Shown here: piece by piece, positions 1 to 9,530 of the stretch | How the letters are laid out: every line of letters begins with the position of its first letter | Position numbering within the stretch: the first letter of the stretch is position 1 | From: Chloroflexota bacterium | GTDB taxonomy: Bacteria > Chloroflexota > UBA11872 > JBHOQS01 | Reading direction: 5' to 3' | NCBI GenBank assembly: GCA_042408875.1 | Contig: JBHOQS010000015.1 | Coordinates: 79,299 to 143,298, forward strand | DNA length: 64,000 nucleotides | The notes under the pieces: model-generated | Seen by the model: only the letters and a program-made list of their open reading frames with translations | What the model was told of the DNA's origin: nothing | Database searches by the model: none | Made by a program: the position numbers and the translations under genes

Positions 1-1000
1 TGTTGACCGAGAAACCACCGCCGATGCCGCCGGCTACAGTGAGCCTGATGTTCGGGTTCACCAGTGGGAACGGGAAGTAGCCGTAGTCAAAGCCGAGGAA
101 CTGCTGCTTATTGCGCTCGTAGGTCGCCAGCGCCCACGTCCCGTTGGGCCACATCGCCACCTTGCCGGAGGGGAAGTCATTGCCGGCGTTCCACTGCGGG
201 TCGTAGGGGTTCTTGGGCAGGTACTCCAGGTTCTGGAGATCGACGATGAGCTGCGCGGCGCGGGTCGGTCCCTCGCTATCCCAGCGTCCGTTGCGGTACA
301 GGATCTCCTCCGTGCCGTCCTTGCCGATCACAGCCATGAGGATTGCGCTGTAGAGATGTCCCGGCGACGCCCGGCCGGTCGCCACGGTCAGCGGCTGCAC
401 ACCGGCGGCTTTGATCGTCTTGCACAGGGTGAGGAGCTGGTCGTAGTCCGACGGCAACTGGCAGATGCCGAGTTCGTCGAAGACTCGCTTGTTATAAAAC
501 ACGGGAATAAACTCGACCTCATGCGGCACGCCCCAGGTCTTGCCGTTGATCATGCCGCGCTTGCGTGCCCAGGGGAAGATGCGCTTAAGGTTAGGCATCG
601 TAGCGTAGTAGGGGTCAAGGGCCAGCACCTGTTCGGCATCGACCAACGGCTGCTGATAGGACGGCGGGATATCGCGTTGCCAGGTATCCGGGCCGATGCC
701 CGCGGCCAGGGCGGCGAAAAGCTTCTGCTCGCGGTTTTCGCCGGCCGGCGGGCCAATGACATTGACCGTGACCTGGGGATACACCTGCGCGAAGCTCTTC
801 AGCATCTCGTCCCAGAGCCGCCTGGCCAGGTCGCTGCCGCTCTCTGCCCAGAACTCAATCGTGCCAGACGGCGCAGCGCTCCTGGCCGGCGCCGGCTGAG
901 CTGGTGCGCTGGCGCGACACGCTGAGAGCAGTGCAGTAATTCCTGCGGCACTGGTCTGCAGCCACATGCGGCGGCTCTGACGGATCGGACGTATGTTCAC
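1..1000 (-). CDS. ABC transporter solute-binding lipoprotein (sugar type); 3' end lies beyond window start
   Basis: Minus-strand frame open from GTG 1000..998 to position 1 with no stop; AGGAGG about 7 nt upstream; N-terminus MNIRPIRQSRRMWLQTSAAGITALLSAC has a twin-arginine-like motif and lipobox Cys; C-terminal part resembles family-1 solute-binding proteins. Not in ORF track because no stop in window. Confidence 0.6.
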   Translation of the reverse strand, partial: MNIRPIRQSRRMWLQTSAAGITALLSACRASAPAQPAPARSAAPSGTIEFWAESGSDLARRLWDEMLKSFAQVYPQVTVNVIGPPAGENREQKLFAALAAGIGPDTWQRDIPPSYQQPLVDAEQVLALDPYYATMPNLKRIFPWARKRGMINGKTWGVPHEVEFIPVFYNKRVFDELGICQLPSDYDQLLTLCKTIKAAGVQPLTVATGRASPGHLYSAILMAVIGKDGTEEILYRNGRWDSEGPTRAAQLIVDLQNLEYLPKNPYDPQWNAGNDFPSGKVAMWPNGTWALATYERNKQQFLGFDYGYFPFPLVNPNIRLTVAGGIGGGFSVN

Positions 1001-1177
1001 GGCGCTACCTCCTGTGCACTGTTCCCGAGACCTCTGCCACTACCTCCTGGGGAGCCTCTGCCACACAACACGTCGTCCCATGTGTCAGGCTGTGAGCAGG
1101 GCCTGCGGCGGCATTCTGTCCCGCGCTCGTTGTGTCCTGGCCAGACCCTGCTCCGACGGCCGGTGGCCATCCTAGGA

Positions 1178-2185
1178 TCAGCTCGAGCCCCGCACGACCA
1201 GCCGGGCCGGCAGCATCTCGTGGCGCGGCTCCGGCGGGGCCTGCCCGCCCAGCCGCGCCAGCAAGAGCTCGGCGGCAGTGGCGCCGAGCATGGCGACCGG
1301 CTGGGCGACAACCGTCAGCCCTGGCTGCATCAGGGCGGTCCAGGTCGTGTCGTCGAACCCGACCAGCGCCAGGTCATCCGGGATGCGCAGGCCCCGATCG
1401 CGCACCTCCCGCACCATCCCGAGCGCGCTCAGGTTGTTCGCCGCGATGATCGCATCCGGGGGTGGGCGCAGCGCCAGGAGCTGCGCCGTCGCCGTCCGGC
1501 CGCCGGCCTCCGTGTAGTCGCCCGGGGCCACCAGCTCTGAATCGACCGGCAGCCCGTGCATGCGCAAGGCCTGCCGGTAGCCTTCGAGCTTGTCGTCGGC
1601 GGTGGAGATGCCTGGCGGCCCGGCGATGAAGCCGATGCGCCGGCGGCCGCGCGCCACCAGGTGTGCCACTGCTTCGTATGCACCAGTCCGTACATCCACC
1701 GCCACCCAGTCCCATGGTGCGCCGGGGATACGCCGGTCCATCAGGACCACCGGCAGCGATGCCGGGATCAGCGCCAGCAGTTGCGCCGCAGCGATCTGGG
1801 TGGGAGCGAGCACCAGCCCATCGACGCGGCCAGCGCAGAGTACCTGCACGTCCCGCCGTTCGGCGCCGGGGTCTCGCGCCGCGTTGGAGACCAGCGTGGC
1901 ATAGCCGGCGGTGGCCAGGGTATCCTGCGCAGCCTGCACCGCCTCGGTAAAGTGGGGGTTCATGATCGTCGGGATGACGATGCCGACGGCCTGCGTCCGC
2001 TGGGTGCGCAGGCCACGGGCCAGCGCGTTAGGCTGGTAGCCCACCCGCCGCGCTGCAGCCATAACGTGCTGGCGCAGGACGGGGTGCACCGTTGGATGTC
2101 CGTTCAGGGCCCGCGAGGCCGTCGAGACAGACACGCCCGCCTCGCGGGCCACGTCCTCTAGCTTCGGGATGCGGGGCTCAGACAT
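1178..2185 (-). CDS. LacI/GalR family transcriptional regulator
   Basis: 335 aa ORF; N-terminal HTH LEDVAREAGVSVSTASRALNG followed by periplasmic-binding-protein-like sugar-binding core typical of LacI repressors. Confidence 0.9.
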   Translation of the reverse strand: MSEPRIPKLEDVAREAGVSVSTASRALNGHPTVHPVLRQHVMAAARRVGYQPNALARGLRTQRTQAVGIVIPTIMNPHFTEAVQAAQDTLATAGYATLVSNAARDPGAERRDVQVLCAGRVDGLVLAPTQIAAAQLLALIPASLPVVLMDRRIPGAPWDWVAVDVRTGAYEAVAHLVARGRRRIGFIAGPPGISTADDKLEGYRQALRMHGLPVDSELVAPGDYTEAGGRTATAQLLALRPPPDAIIAANNLSALGMVREVRDRGLRIPDDLALVGFDDTTWTALMQPGLTVVAQPVAMLGATAAELLLARLGGQAPPEPRHEMLPARLVVRGSS

Positions 2186-2304
2186 CGATTGTCCTCAGCA
2201 AGCGTTTTCTCCCAGTGTAGCGTTGCACCGTTGCCGCGTCAAGCGGCCCCAGGGCTGCGGCTGCCGCGGCTTCCTGCCTGAAGAACTTCGTGAAAAGATG
2301 CACA

Positions 2305-2333
2305 TTGACTTGCCTGAGGCCCGGTGCTATAGT
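2305..2333 (+). promoter_or_regulatory. Sigma-70-like promoter for cytochrome bc operon
   Basis: TTGACT (2305..2310), 17-nt spacer, TATAGT (2328..2333) in the divergent LacI / cytochrome b intergenic region. Confidence 0.5.
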
Positions 2334-2424
2334 AGGGCCGGCTGTGCTGGAACAGCGCGCGTCGCGCCGGCACAGCCGGCGCGCAGGGGGCGACCCCGAC
2401 CCTCAGGGACGGAGGCTTGCAGCA

Positions 2425-3168
2425 GTGGCCACGCGCATGGCGGATATGCCGCAGCGGCTGTACGACCGGCTGCGGCAGACCAATGTATGGAAGTCGTTCT
2501 TCCGCACCGGCTACCCGGACAACCGGCGCGACCGCAACCTCATCATGGTGGAGAATACATTCCTGCATCTCCACCCGGCGCAGGTTCGGCGATCGGGCAT
2601 CCGCACGACCTACACGCTCTGTCTGGGTGGCATCTCGTTCTTCCTGTTTCTTGTGCTCACGGTCACAGGCGTGCTGTTGATGTTTTACTACGTGCCCTCG
2701 GTGGAGCGGGCGTACTCCGATATCCAGGCGCTGGAGACGTCAACGACGTTCGGCATGCTGCTGCGGAACATGCACCGCTGGGGCGCGCACGCCATGGTGA
2801 TCACGGTATTCCTGCACATGGCGCGGGTATTCTATACGGGCTCGTACAAGCCGCCGCGCGAGTTTAACTGGGTGATCGGGGTCGTGCTGCTGGTGCTCAC
2901 GCTACTGCTCTCGTTCACGGGTTACCTGCTGCCGTGGGACCAGCTGGCCCTGTGGGCAATCACCGTCGGCACGAATATGGTGGGCGCCGCGCCGTTCCTG
3001 GGCAAGCAGATCCGCTTCCTGCTGCTCGGCGGCGCTGAGGTTGGACCGAACGCCCTGATCCGCTTCTATACGCTGCATGTGATCGGCCTGCCGTTGCTTG
3101 CCGCCACGTTCATGGCAGTCCACTTCTATCGTATCCGCCGTGACGGAGGCATCTCCGGCCCGCTCTAG
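2425..3168 (+). CDS. Cytochrome b6-type subunit of cytochrome bc complex (N-terminal heme-binding domain)
   Basis: ORF 2290..3168 trimmed to GTG 2425 (GGAGG 2411..2415, 9 nt upstream; ATG 2437 alternative) because the longer ORF would include the promoter. Four hydrophobic helices with paired His ([19 protein letters not shown]...AVHFY) as in cytochrome b6. Confidence 0.85.
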   Translation: MATRMADMPQRLYDRLRQTNVWKSFFRTGYPDNRRDRNLIMVENTFLHLHPAQVRRSGIRTTYTLCLGGISFFLFLVLTVTGVLLMFYYVPSVERAYSDIQALETSTTFGMLLRNMHRWGAHAMVITVFLHMARVFYTGSYKPPREFNWVIGVVLLVLTLLLSFTGYLLPWDQLALWAITVGTNMVGAAPFLGKQIRFLLLGGAEVGPNALIRFYTLHVIGLPLLAATFMAVHFYRIRRDGGISGPL

Positions 3169-3225
3169 TTGCGGCGCAGGCAGCTACGTCAGAGCCAGAC
3201 TCAACCAGAGAGGGGGCGAGACACC

Positions 3226-4218
3226 GTGGCAACTGAGCAACCGCCCAGAGCGAACCAGTCCCAGCCCGGTGAGGGTGCCGCGGGAGCTGGCCAGGGACCC
3301 CGTCCGGTGCTGCGGCCGACTACGCCGCGGCCGGTCGCTGGCCAGGGCGCGGCTCAGCAGCCGGCCGCGCCGGGCCAGCCCGCTGCGCCTCCCGCCACGG
3401 CTGCGGGCGCCGCACGCCCGGCCACCGGAGCGGCTGCGGCTGCCGCTCGTCCGGCTACTGCGGCTGCCGGCGCAGCGCCACCGCGCCCGGCTGCTGAGCC
3501 GCGCCGGCGTGAGGAGCGCGTCAATACGTGGCCCAACCTGCTCATGCCCGAGTTCACCGCCGCTGTGGCGGTTACGCTCGGCCTCTTTGTCCTGGCGATC
3601 CTGCTGAACGCGCCGCTGGAGGAGCACTCCACGGTGAGCATCACGCCGAACCCGTCGAAGGCACCGTGGTACTTCCTGAACCTTCAGGAGCTGCTCCTGC
3701 ACATGCACCCGGCGCTGGCCGGCGTGATCGTGCCCACGGTGCTCATCTTGGCGCTCATGGCGATCCCGTATATCGACACCGATCCCAAGGACGTGGGCAT
3801 CTGGTTCACCTCGCCGCGCGGCCGGACGATCGCTATTCAGAGCGCGCTTTTCGCTGCGGTAGTGAATGTCGTGCTGATCATCTTCGATGATCCACGAATC
3901 GTGGGTACTCGCCGTCTAGTGCAGAATATCTGGTCTGCGCTTGGTCTGCCGAAGATGCGGCTGTTTACGATTTTGGATCAGCCGCTTGAGCTGCCGACCT
4001 TCATCAACGAGACGCTGATCCCGGTCATCTTGATGATCGGGCTGCCGTACCTGCTGATCCAGTACTATAAGCGCCGCGGGGCGACGGTGCGGGAGCAGTG
4101 CATCGCGTTCTTCAGCGGATTCCTGGCCACGTACATCGTGCTCACCCTCTTCGGCACGGTGTTCCGCGGCCCGGCGATGCTGCTGTACTGGCCCTGGGCC
4201 ATGCCGCCGCGCACGTAA
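3226..4218 (+). CDS. Cytochrome bc complex subunit IV-like protein (cytochrome b C-terminal domain) with Pro/Ala-rich N-terminal extension
   Basis: ORF 3169..4218 starts at TTG; GTG 3226 is in frame with GAGGGGG upstream. C-terminal three-helix region (PWYFLNLQELLLHMHPALAGVIVP...) resembles PetD / subunit IV. Confidence 0.75.
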   Translation: MATEQPPRANQSQPGEGAAGAGQGPRPVLRPTTPRPVAGQGAAQQPAAPGQPAAPPATAAGAARPATGAAAAAARPATAAAGAAPPRPAAEPRRREERVNTWPNLLMPEFTAAVAVTLGLFVLAILLNAPLEEHSTVSITPNPSKAPWYFLNLQELLLHMHPALAGVIVPTVLILALMAIPYIDTDPKDVGIWFTSPRGRTIAIQSALFAAVVNVVLIIFDDPRIVGTRRLVQNIWSALGLPKMRLFTILDQPLELPTFINETLIPVILMIGLPYLLIQYYKRRGATVREQCIAFFSGFLATYIVLTLFGTVFRGPAMLLYWPWAMPPRT

Positions 4219-4387
4219 CGGCAAACGGCACGGCCGGCGGGCGAGCAGCGACGCTCCTGGCTACTGCTCGACCTCCGCGAGCGATCAGTGCGAGACGAGC
4301 AAAGACGAGCAACGACTGAGACGAGCAAAGACTGGCAAGGTCTACTCAACACGTAGACCCGGTACCTGGACGTGAAGGAGCATAACG

Positions 4388-4999
4388 ATGGCGGAAGAGC
4401 GCCCAACTCCGGCTCCTGCTGCTGCAGCAGCGGCCGCACCTGCTGTGGCGGGCACAGCCGCGCCCCGACCGCGGCCGGCTGCAGCGGAGCCGGGCCTGGA
4501 TGAGGCCACCCTGGCCCGCCGGCGCATCCTGCGCTTCGCCGGCTGGGCGGCGGTAGCCACCTTGCTTCTCGAGTTCGGCGGCTGCTTCGTCGGCTTCTTC
4601 TATCCCTTGCGCACCGGCGCCTTCGGCAGCCGCATCCCCGCCGCCAGCCTAGCCGCCCTCAAAGTGGGCGACGTGCTAGACAACGTGGAGGGCCGCTTCT
4701 ATCTGGTGCGCCTGCAGGAGGGCTTGATGGCCTACTACAAGCGCTGCACGCACCTGGGCTGCACCTACCGCTGGTTCCCTCAGGACAAGATCGACTTCGG
4801 CGGCCGCACCTACGAAGGGCTGTTCCGCTGCCCCTGCCATGGCTCGGTGTTCAACCGCTACGGCGAGGTGGTGGGTGGACCGGCGCCGCGGCCGCTGGAC
4901 ATCATGGCGATCATTATCCAGGGGGATACCGTGATCGTGGACACCGGTAAGATCACCGAACGCGAGCGCTGGGACCCCAGCCAGGCAGTCAAGGTCTGA
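4388..4999 (+). CDS. Rieske [2Fe-2S] iron-sulfur protein of cytochrome bc complex
   Basis: CTHLGC and CPCHGS Rieske boxes; RRRILRF twin-arginine signal; AGGAG 7 nt upstream of ATG. Confidence 0.9.
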   Translation: MAEERPTPAPAAAAAAAPAVAGTAAPRPRPAAAEPGLDEATLARRRILRFAGWAAVATLLLEFGGCFVGFFYPLRTGAFGSRIPAASLAALKVGDVLDNVEGRFYLVRLQEGLMAYYKRCTHLGCTYRWFPQDKIDFGGRTYEGLFRCPCHGSVFNRYGEVVGGPAPRPLDIMAIIIQGDTVIVDTGKITERERWDPSQAVKV

Positions 5000-5020
5000 T
5001 CACCCCCAGCGAGGAGACGC

Positions 5021-6010
5021 ATGGCCGAAGAACCGCGAACCCCGCCTGCACCGCCAGCTCCGCCCGCGGCACGGCCCGCCGCAGCGCGCCCGGCAGCCGC
5101 CGCGCCGGCTGAAGAGGCGCCGCGCGGCATGAGCTACGAGGCCCGTCGGGCCTGGGCGCTCATTCTGCCTGCGCTCATTGGCTTGGTTGCTATGCTGTAC
5201 TGGGCCTATGAGCCTGCGCGCATGCAGGCTGCCGCTGAGCGCCAGCGCCGGGTGGAGATCCAGCGCGGCGCGCATATGTTCGCCCAGTACTGCACCCCCT
5301 GCCACGGCATTAGCGGCCAGGGAGGCGCCGGGCAGAACGGCGGCTATGCTCCAGCCCTGAACTCGGCGACGTACAAGGCTACCGATGACCCGAAGATCCA
5401 TACGCACCCAGCCGATACCCCCGAATACAAGCACACCATCGATTTTCTGACCAAGACGATCGCCCGCGGTCGTGCCATTAAGCTCCCGCAGAACCCGGCC
5501 GATCCCAATAGCCCGCTGGTAGACGTCCAGGTCATGCCGAAGTGGGCCGAGAGCGAGGGCGGGCCGCTGAACCAGCAGCAGATCCTGGAGATCGCCCTGT
5601 TCATCGCCTACGGGACCGACGAGGACTGGGAGCATATGTCGGCGCAGGCGACCCCGGTGCCGGTGCCCACACCGCTGCCGATGCCGCGCTTTGCGGACCT
5701 ACCGCCGGGAGATCCCCGCCGCGGGGAGGCCCTCTTCCGTGGCGGCGCTCAGCCACCATGTATTTCGTGTCATATCTTCGGCCAGACTGCTGCGGCGCCC
5801 GACCTTCAGCGTAATGCGCCGGAGTGGGACCGGCGGAAACCCGGCATGTCGGCCCAGGAGTATGTCCTGGAGTCCATCTGGAACCCGAACGCCTACGTCG
5901 TGCAGGGGTACCAGCCGAACATCATGCCGCAGATCTACTCCCGCCAGCTCACCCCGCAGCAGATCGCTGATCTCATCGCCTATCTGATGACGCTGCGAGG
6001 TGGGAGCTAG
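5021..6010 (+). CDS. Membrane-anchored diheme cytochrome c
   Basis: Two CxxCH heme motifs (CTPCH, CISCH); N-terminal Pro/Ala-rich region and a hydrophobic anchor; GAGGAG RBS. Confidence 0.85.
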   Translation: MAEEPRTPPAPPAPPAARPAAARPAAAAPAEEAPRGMSYEARRAWALILPALIGLVAMLYWAYEPARMQAAAERQRRVEIQRGAHMFAQYCTPCHGISGQGGAGQNGGYAPALNSATYKATDDPKIHTHPADTPEYKHTIDFLTKTIARGRAIKLPQNPADPNSPLVDVQVMPKWAESEGGPLNQQQILEIALFIAYGTDEDWEHMSAQATPVPVPTPLPMPRFADLPPGDPRRGEALFRGGAQPPCISCHIFGQTAAAPDLQRNAPEWDRRKPGMSAQEYVLESIWNPNAYVVQGYQPNIMPQIYSRQLTPQQIADLIAYLMTLRGGS

Positions 6011-6159
6011 AGAGAAGAGAATAGATATAGATATAGATGTAATCCGTCGTGCGTAAGGCTCCACGAGCCAGTCCGCTATGCGGCAGAGGCATCGCTTCGT
6101 GGCGGGTCTGGTCGAGCTTCTGCGCATGATGGATTCAGCACTGCGACCCGGAGCAACCC

Positions 6160-6819
6160 ATGGGGCGTGCCGAGGCACTCGTCCGACTTTACCGCTGTGG
6201 TGTCGTCGCCATTATGCGCAAGACGGAGTCGGCGCTGGCGATCGACGCCGCAGAGGCGCTGCTCGCGGGCGGGGTGGACCTGATCGAGGTGACGATGAAT
6301 ACGCCCGGGGCCCTGGAGATGATCCGGGATCTCACGGCCCACTTTCCGCAGGACCGCGCTTTGATCGGCGCCGGCACAGTGATGGATGTTGCCGCGGCAC
6401 AGGCGGCGATCGAGGCCGGCGCCGAATTCATCGTCTGCCCGCACCTCGATGAGAAGATCGTGGCGTATGCCGGCCATCATGATGTCATGGTAGTGCCGGG
6501 CACGCTCACGCCGACAGAGGTCGTACGCGCGATGGCTGCCGGCGCAGACGCGATCAAAGTGTTCCCCGCTGGGCCGCTCGGCCCAGGCTACATCCGCGAT
6601 CTGCTCGGCCCGCTGGATACGGCCCGCCTGGTGCCCACCGGTGGCATCACGCCGGACAATGCCGAGGCGTACATCCAGGCCGGGGCCTTCGCCCTGGGCG
6701 CCGGCTCGGCGCTGGTCGATGCCAAGACCGTGGCTGCGCGCGACTTCGACACCCTTATCCAGCGCGCCCGGCGCTTTGTCAACGCTGTGCAGCGCGGCCG
6801 CAGCGCCCGCAGGGGCTAG
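6160..6819 (+). CDS. eda: 2-dehydro-3-deoxyphosphogluconate (KDPG) / 4-hydroxy-2-oxoglutarate aldolase
   Basis: VDLIEVTMNTPGA, GAGTV, FIVCP, PGTLTPTEV, IKVFPA motifs characteristic of the Eda aldolase family. Confidence 0.85.
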   Translation: MGRAEALVRLYRCGVVAIMRKTESALAIDAAEALLAGGVDLIEVTMNTPGALEMIRDLTAHFPQDRALIGAGTVMDVAAAQAAIEAGAEFIVCPHLDEKIVAYAGHHDVMVVPGTLTPTEVVRAMAAGADAIKVFPAGPLGPGYIRDLLGPLDTARLVPTGGITPDNAEAYIQAGAFALGAGSALVDAKTVAARDFDTLIQRARRFVNAVQRGRSARRG

Positions 6820-6827
6820 CTCCAGGC

Positions 6828-7745
6828 GTGTCAGTCAGCTCCCCCGATCTGAGCGTCATCATCGTCAGCTTCAACACGCGCGCGCTGCTCGAAGCGTGCC
6901 TGCGCTCCCTCGGCCAGACGCGCGTCGCGCTCGAAGTCTTCGTCGTTGACAATGGCTCCACCGATGGTTCGGTGGAGCTCGTACGGGCCCAGTTCCCACA
7001 GGTGCGGCTGCTCCTGCCGGGGCGAAACCTAGGGTTTGCCGCGGCAAACAACATGGCCCTACGCCGGGCTACGGCGCGCCATGTCCTGCTGCTTAATCCG
7101 GATGCTGCGGTCGAACCCGGCGCCCTCGAGGCTGTAGTAAACTTCCTCGACCAGCATCCTGATGTCGGCGCGCTGGGCGGGCAGCTTACCTACGGCGATG
7201 GCAGCTTCCAGCACTCGGTGTTCCACTTTCCAACACTGCCGATGATCTTTCTGGACTTCTTCCCTCTGAACCATCGCCTGCTGAACTCTCGACTGAACGG
7301 GCGCTACCCGCGCCGCTGGTACGACCGATCGTTCGATGTTGACCATCCGCTGGGGGCGTTTATGGCCGTGCGCCGCACAGTGCTCGAAGACGTCGGCCTG
7401 CTTGACCCCAGCTATTTCATGTACTGTGAGGAGATCGACTGGGCCTATCGTATCCGCCGCGCTGGCTGGCGCATCTGCTACGTTCCTGACGCGCGTGCGG
7501 TGCACCACGCCGGCCAGAGCACCAGCCGACTCCATCGGCAGATGTTCGTCGAGCTCTATCGCAGCCGCTATTTGCTGTATCGCCGCTATCGCTCTATAGT
7601 ATTTTGCCAGGCTGCCCGCGCCATCGTGCGCGCCTGTTGTCTCGTCACGATTGGACGTGACGCGCTCCTGGTGCTGGCCGGGCGACTGGATCCGGCCGTT
7701 GCCCGTGGCCGACGTGAGGTGCTGTTGGCGGCTGCAGCATTGTGA
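6828..7745 (+). CDS. Glycosyltransferase family 2
   Basis: LSVIIVSFNTRALLEACLRSL ... VVDNGSTDGS ... GFAAANN GT-A fold signature; GTG start 9 nt after eda stop. Confidence 0.85.
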   Translation: MSVSSPDLSVIIVSFNTRALLEACLRSLGQTRVALEVFVVDNGSTDGSVELVRAQFPQVRLLLPGRNLGFAAANNMALRRATARHVLLLNPDAAVEPGALEAVVNFLDQHPDVGALGGQLTYGDGSFQHSVFHFPTLPMIFLDFFPLNHRLLNSRLNGRYPRRWYDRSFDVDHPLGAFMAVRRTVLEDVGLLDPSYFMYCEEIDWAYRIRRAGWRICYVPDARAVHHAGQSTSRLHRQMFVELYRSRYLLYRRYRSIVFCQAARAIVRACCLVTIGRDALLVLAGRLDPAVARGRREVLLAAAAL

Positions 7746-8539
7746 ACGCCTTCGCTGCGCGAGCCACTGTTATGGGCGTCACCGCAATCGTGCTCACCCG
7801 CGATGAGGAGCGCCACATCGTGCCCTGCCTCCAGACGCTGGCCTGGGCCGGCGAGCTGATCGTGGTTGATTCCGGGAGCCAGGACCGCACTGTTTCCTTA
7901 GCGCGCCGTGCCGGGGCACGCATTGTGTGTCGGGAATTCGATAATTGGGCTAAACAAAGACAATTCGCGCTCGGGCTGGCGCGCTATCCCTGGGTACTCT
8001 TCGTTGATGCTGATGAGCGCGTGACACCGGAGCTGGCCGCTGAGGTGCAGGCTGTTACCGCCCAGCCAGAGGGGGAGATCGCCGGTTACTGGATGCCGCG
8101 CCGCAACTTGATCCTCGGACACTGGATGCGCGCAACTGGCTGGTATCCCGATTACCAGCTCCGCCTGATGCGCCCGGACCGCAGCGAGTATGACTTCACA
8201 CGGCCGGTCCATGAGCTCGTGCGGCTGCACGGGCCGGCAGCGTATCTCCGGGGACATCTGCTCCATTACACTGGTGATGACCTGCGCCGCTTTCTACGCA
8301 AGCAGGAGCAGTACGCTTGGTACACTGCGGAGCAGATGTTCCGTGCGGGCACTCGTCCGAAGCTGCGCAACTATGTGCTCCAGCCATGGCGCGAGTTCTG
8401 GCGCCGGATGTGGTCCTACCGTGGCTACCGTGATGGCCTGCACGGACTCGCGCTCAGCCTGCTGATGGCCTATTACACCTGGCGCACCTATGTCACGCTT
8501 GGCCGGCGGTGGCACGGGTATGGCCGCCCAGCTCAGTAG
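7742..8539 (+). CDS. Glycosyltransferase family 2
   Basis: TAIVLTRDEERHIVPCL ... VVDSGSQD ... FVDADERV; GTGA start/stop overlap with upstream GT2 (ATG 7772 is an alternative start). Confidence 0.8.
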   Translation: MNAFAARATVMGVTAIVLTRDEERHIVPCLQTLAWAGELIVVDSGSQDRTVSLARRAGARIVCREFDNWAKQRQFALGLARYPWVLFVDADERVTPELAAEVQAVTAQPEGEIAGYWMPRRNLILGHWMRATGWYPDYQLRLMRPDRSEYDFTRPVHELVRLHGPAAYLRGHLLHYTGDDLRRFLRKQEQYAWYTAEQMFRAGTRPKLRNYVLQPWREFWRRMWSYRGYRDGLHGLALSLLMAYYTWRTYVTLGRRWHGYGRPAQ

Positions 8540-9530
8540 CGCTCGGCCGGACGTCACCGTCGTAATTGTGAGCTGGAACGTCCGCGGCTTCCTGGCGCGC
8601 TGTCTCACTACTGTGCAACGAGAGGCACAGACGGCGCCGTTCGCCACACAGATCGTGGTCGTGGACAACGGATCGACCGATGGCACACTGGACATGCTGG
8701 CACGGCAGTTCCCGGAGGTCTCTGTGCTGGCGAGTTCGTCGAACTGCGGGTTCGGCGCCGCCAACAATCGGGCCCTGGCTCGCTGTGCCACCCGCTACGC
8801 CCTAGTGCTCAATCCCGACACCGAGCTCCTGCCCGGTGCGCTGGCCAGCCTGGTCGCCGAGCTTGAGGCACATCCTGATGCGGCCGTCTGCGGACCGATG
8901 CTGCTCAATGCCGATGGATCCGTGCAATCATCACGGCGTCGCCTGCCATGCGCGATGACTGGCTTTGTCGAGAGTACCCTTGTCCAGCGGTTCCTGCCTG
9001 ACCTCACACTGCTGCGCCACTATTACGCCGCCGACCGGCCCAATGACGTGGCACAGGAAGTCGATTGGGTGACCGGCGCAGCTATGCTCGTGCGCGTGAA
9101 CGCGGCACGCCAGGTAGGGCTCTTTGACGAGGGGTTCTTTATGTTCTCTGAGGAGCTCGACTGGTGCTGGCGCTTCCGGCGTGCCGGATGGACCGTGCGG
9201 TACACGCCGGCGGCGCGGGTGATCCACTATGGCGGCCAGAGCACGGCCCAGGTGCCGCTCAGGCGCCAGTTACTGTTCCTCCACGGGAAATACCGCCTGT
9301 ATCGCAAATACTTTGGCCGTGCTCTAGAATTGGCGCTGCGAGGTTTCATCTTCTGCACCTATGTGGCCCAACTTCTCGAAGAGGCAGTGAAGCTACTCTA
9401 CCGGGCTGAGCAGCGTCCCCTCCGCGCCGAACGGGCGCGGACGTTCATGCACATTCTGCGATGGCATGTACAGGGCTCGCCGCTGCCGGTCCCTCGGAGT
9501 GGCGCGCCCGCGGCGGAGCCAGTGCGATGA
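8520..9530 (+). CDS. Glycosyltransferase family 2
   Basis: VTVVIVSWN ... VVDNGSTDGT ... GFGAANN; ORF 8490..9530 trimmed to ATG 8520 (MAAQLSS...), overlapping the end of the upstream gene. Confidence 0.85.
   Translation: MAAQLSSARPDVTVVIVSWNVRGFLARCLTTVQREAQTAPFATQIVVVDNGSTDGTLDMLARQFPEVSVLASSSNCGFGAANNRALARCATRYALVLNPDTELLPGALASLVAELEAHPDAAVCGPMLLNADGSVQSSRRRLPCAMTGFVESTLVQRFLPDLTLLRHYYAADRPNDVAQEVDWVTGAAMLVRVNAARQVGLFDEGFFMFSEELDWCWRFRRAGWTVRYTPAARVIHYGGQSTAQVPLRRQLLFLHGKYRLYRKYFGRALELALRGFIFCTYVAQLLEEAVKLLYRAEQRPLRAERARTFMHILRWHVQGSPLPVPRSGAPAAEPVR

Noticed and set aside
356-925. 189-aa plus-strand ORF at the left edge
   Set aside because: Antisense to the partial solute-binding lipoprotein gene (1..1000 minus).
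2290-2424. N-terminal extension of the cytochrome b ORF
   Set aside because: It would include the TTGACT/TATAGT promoter and leader hairpin; a GTG with good RBS at 2425 gives a typical cytochrome b6 N-terminus.
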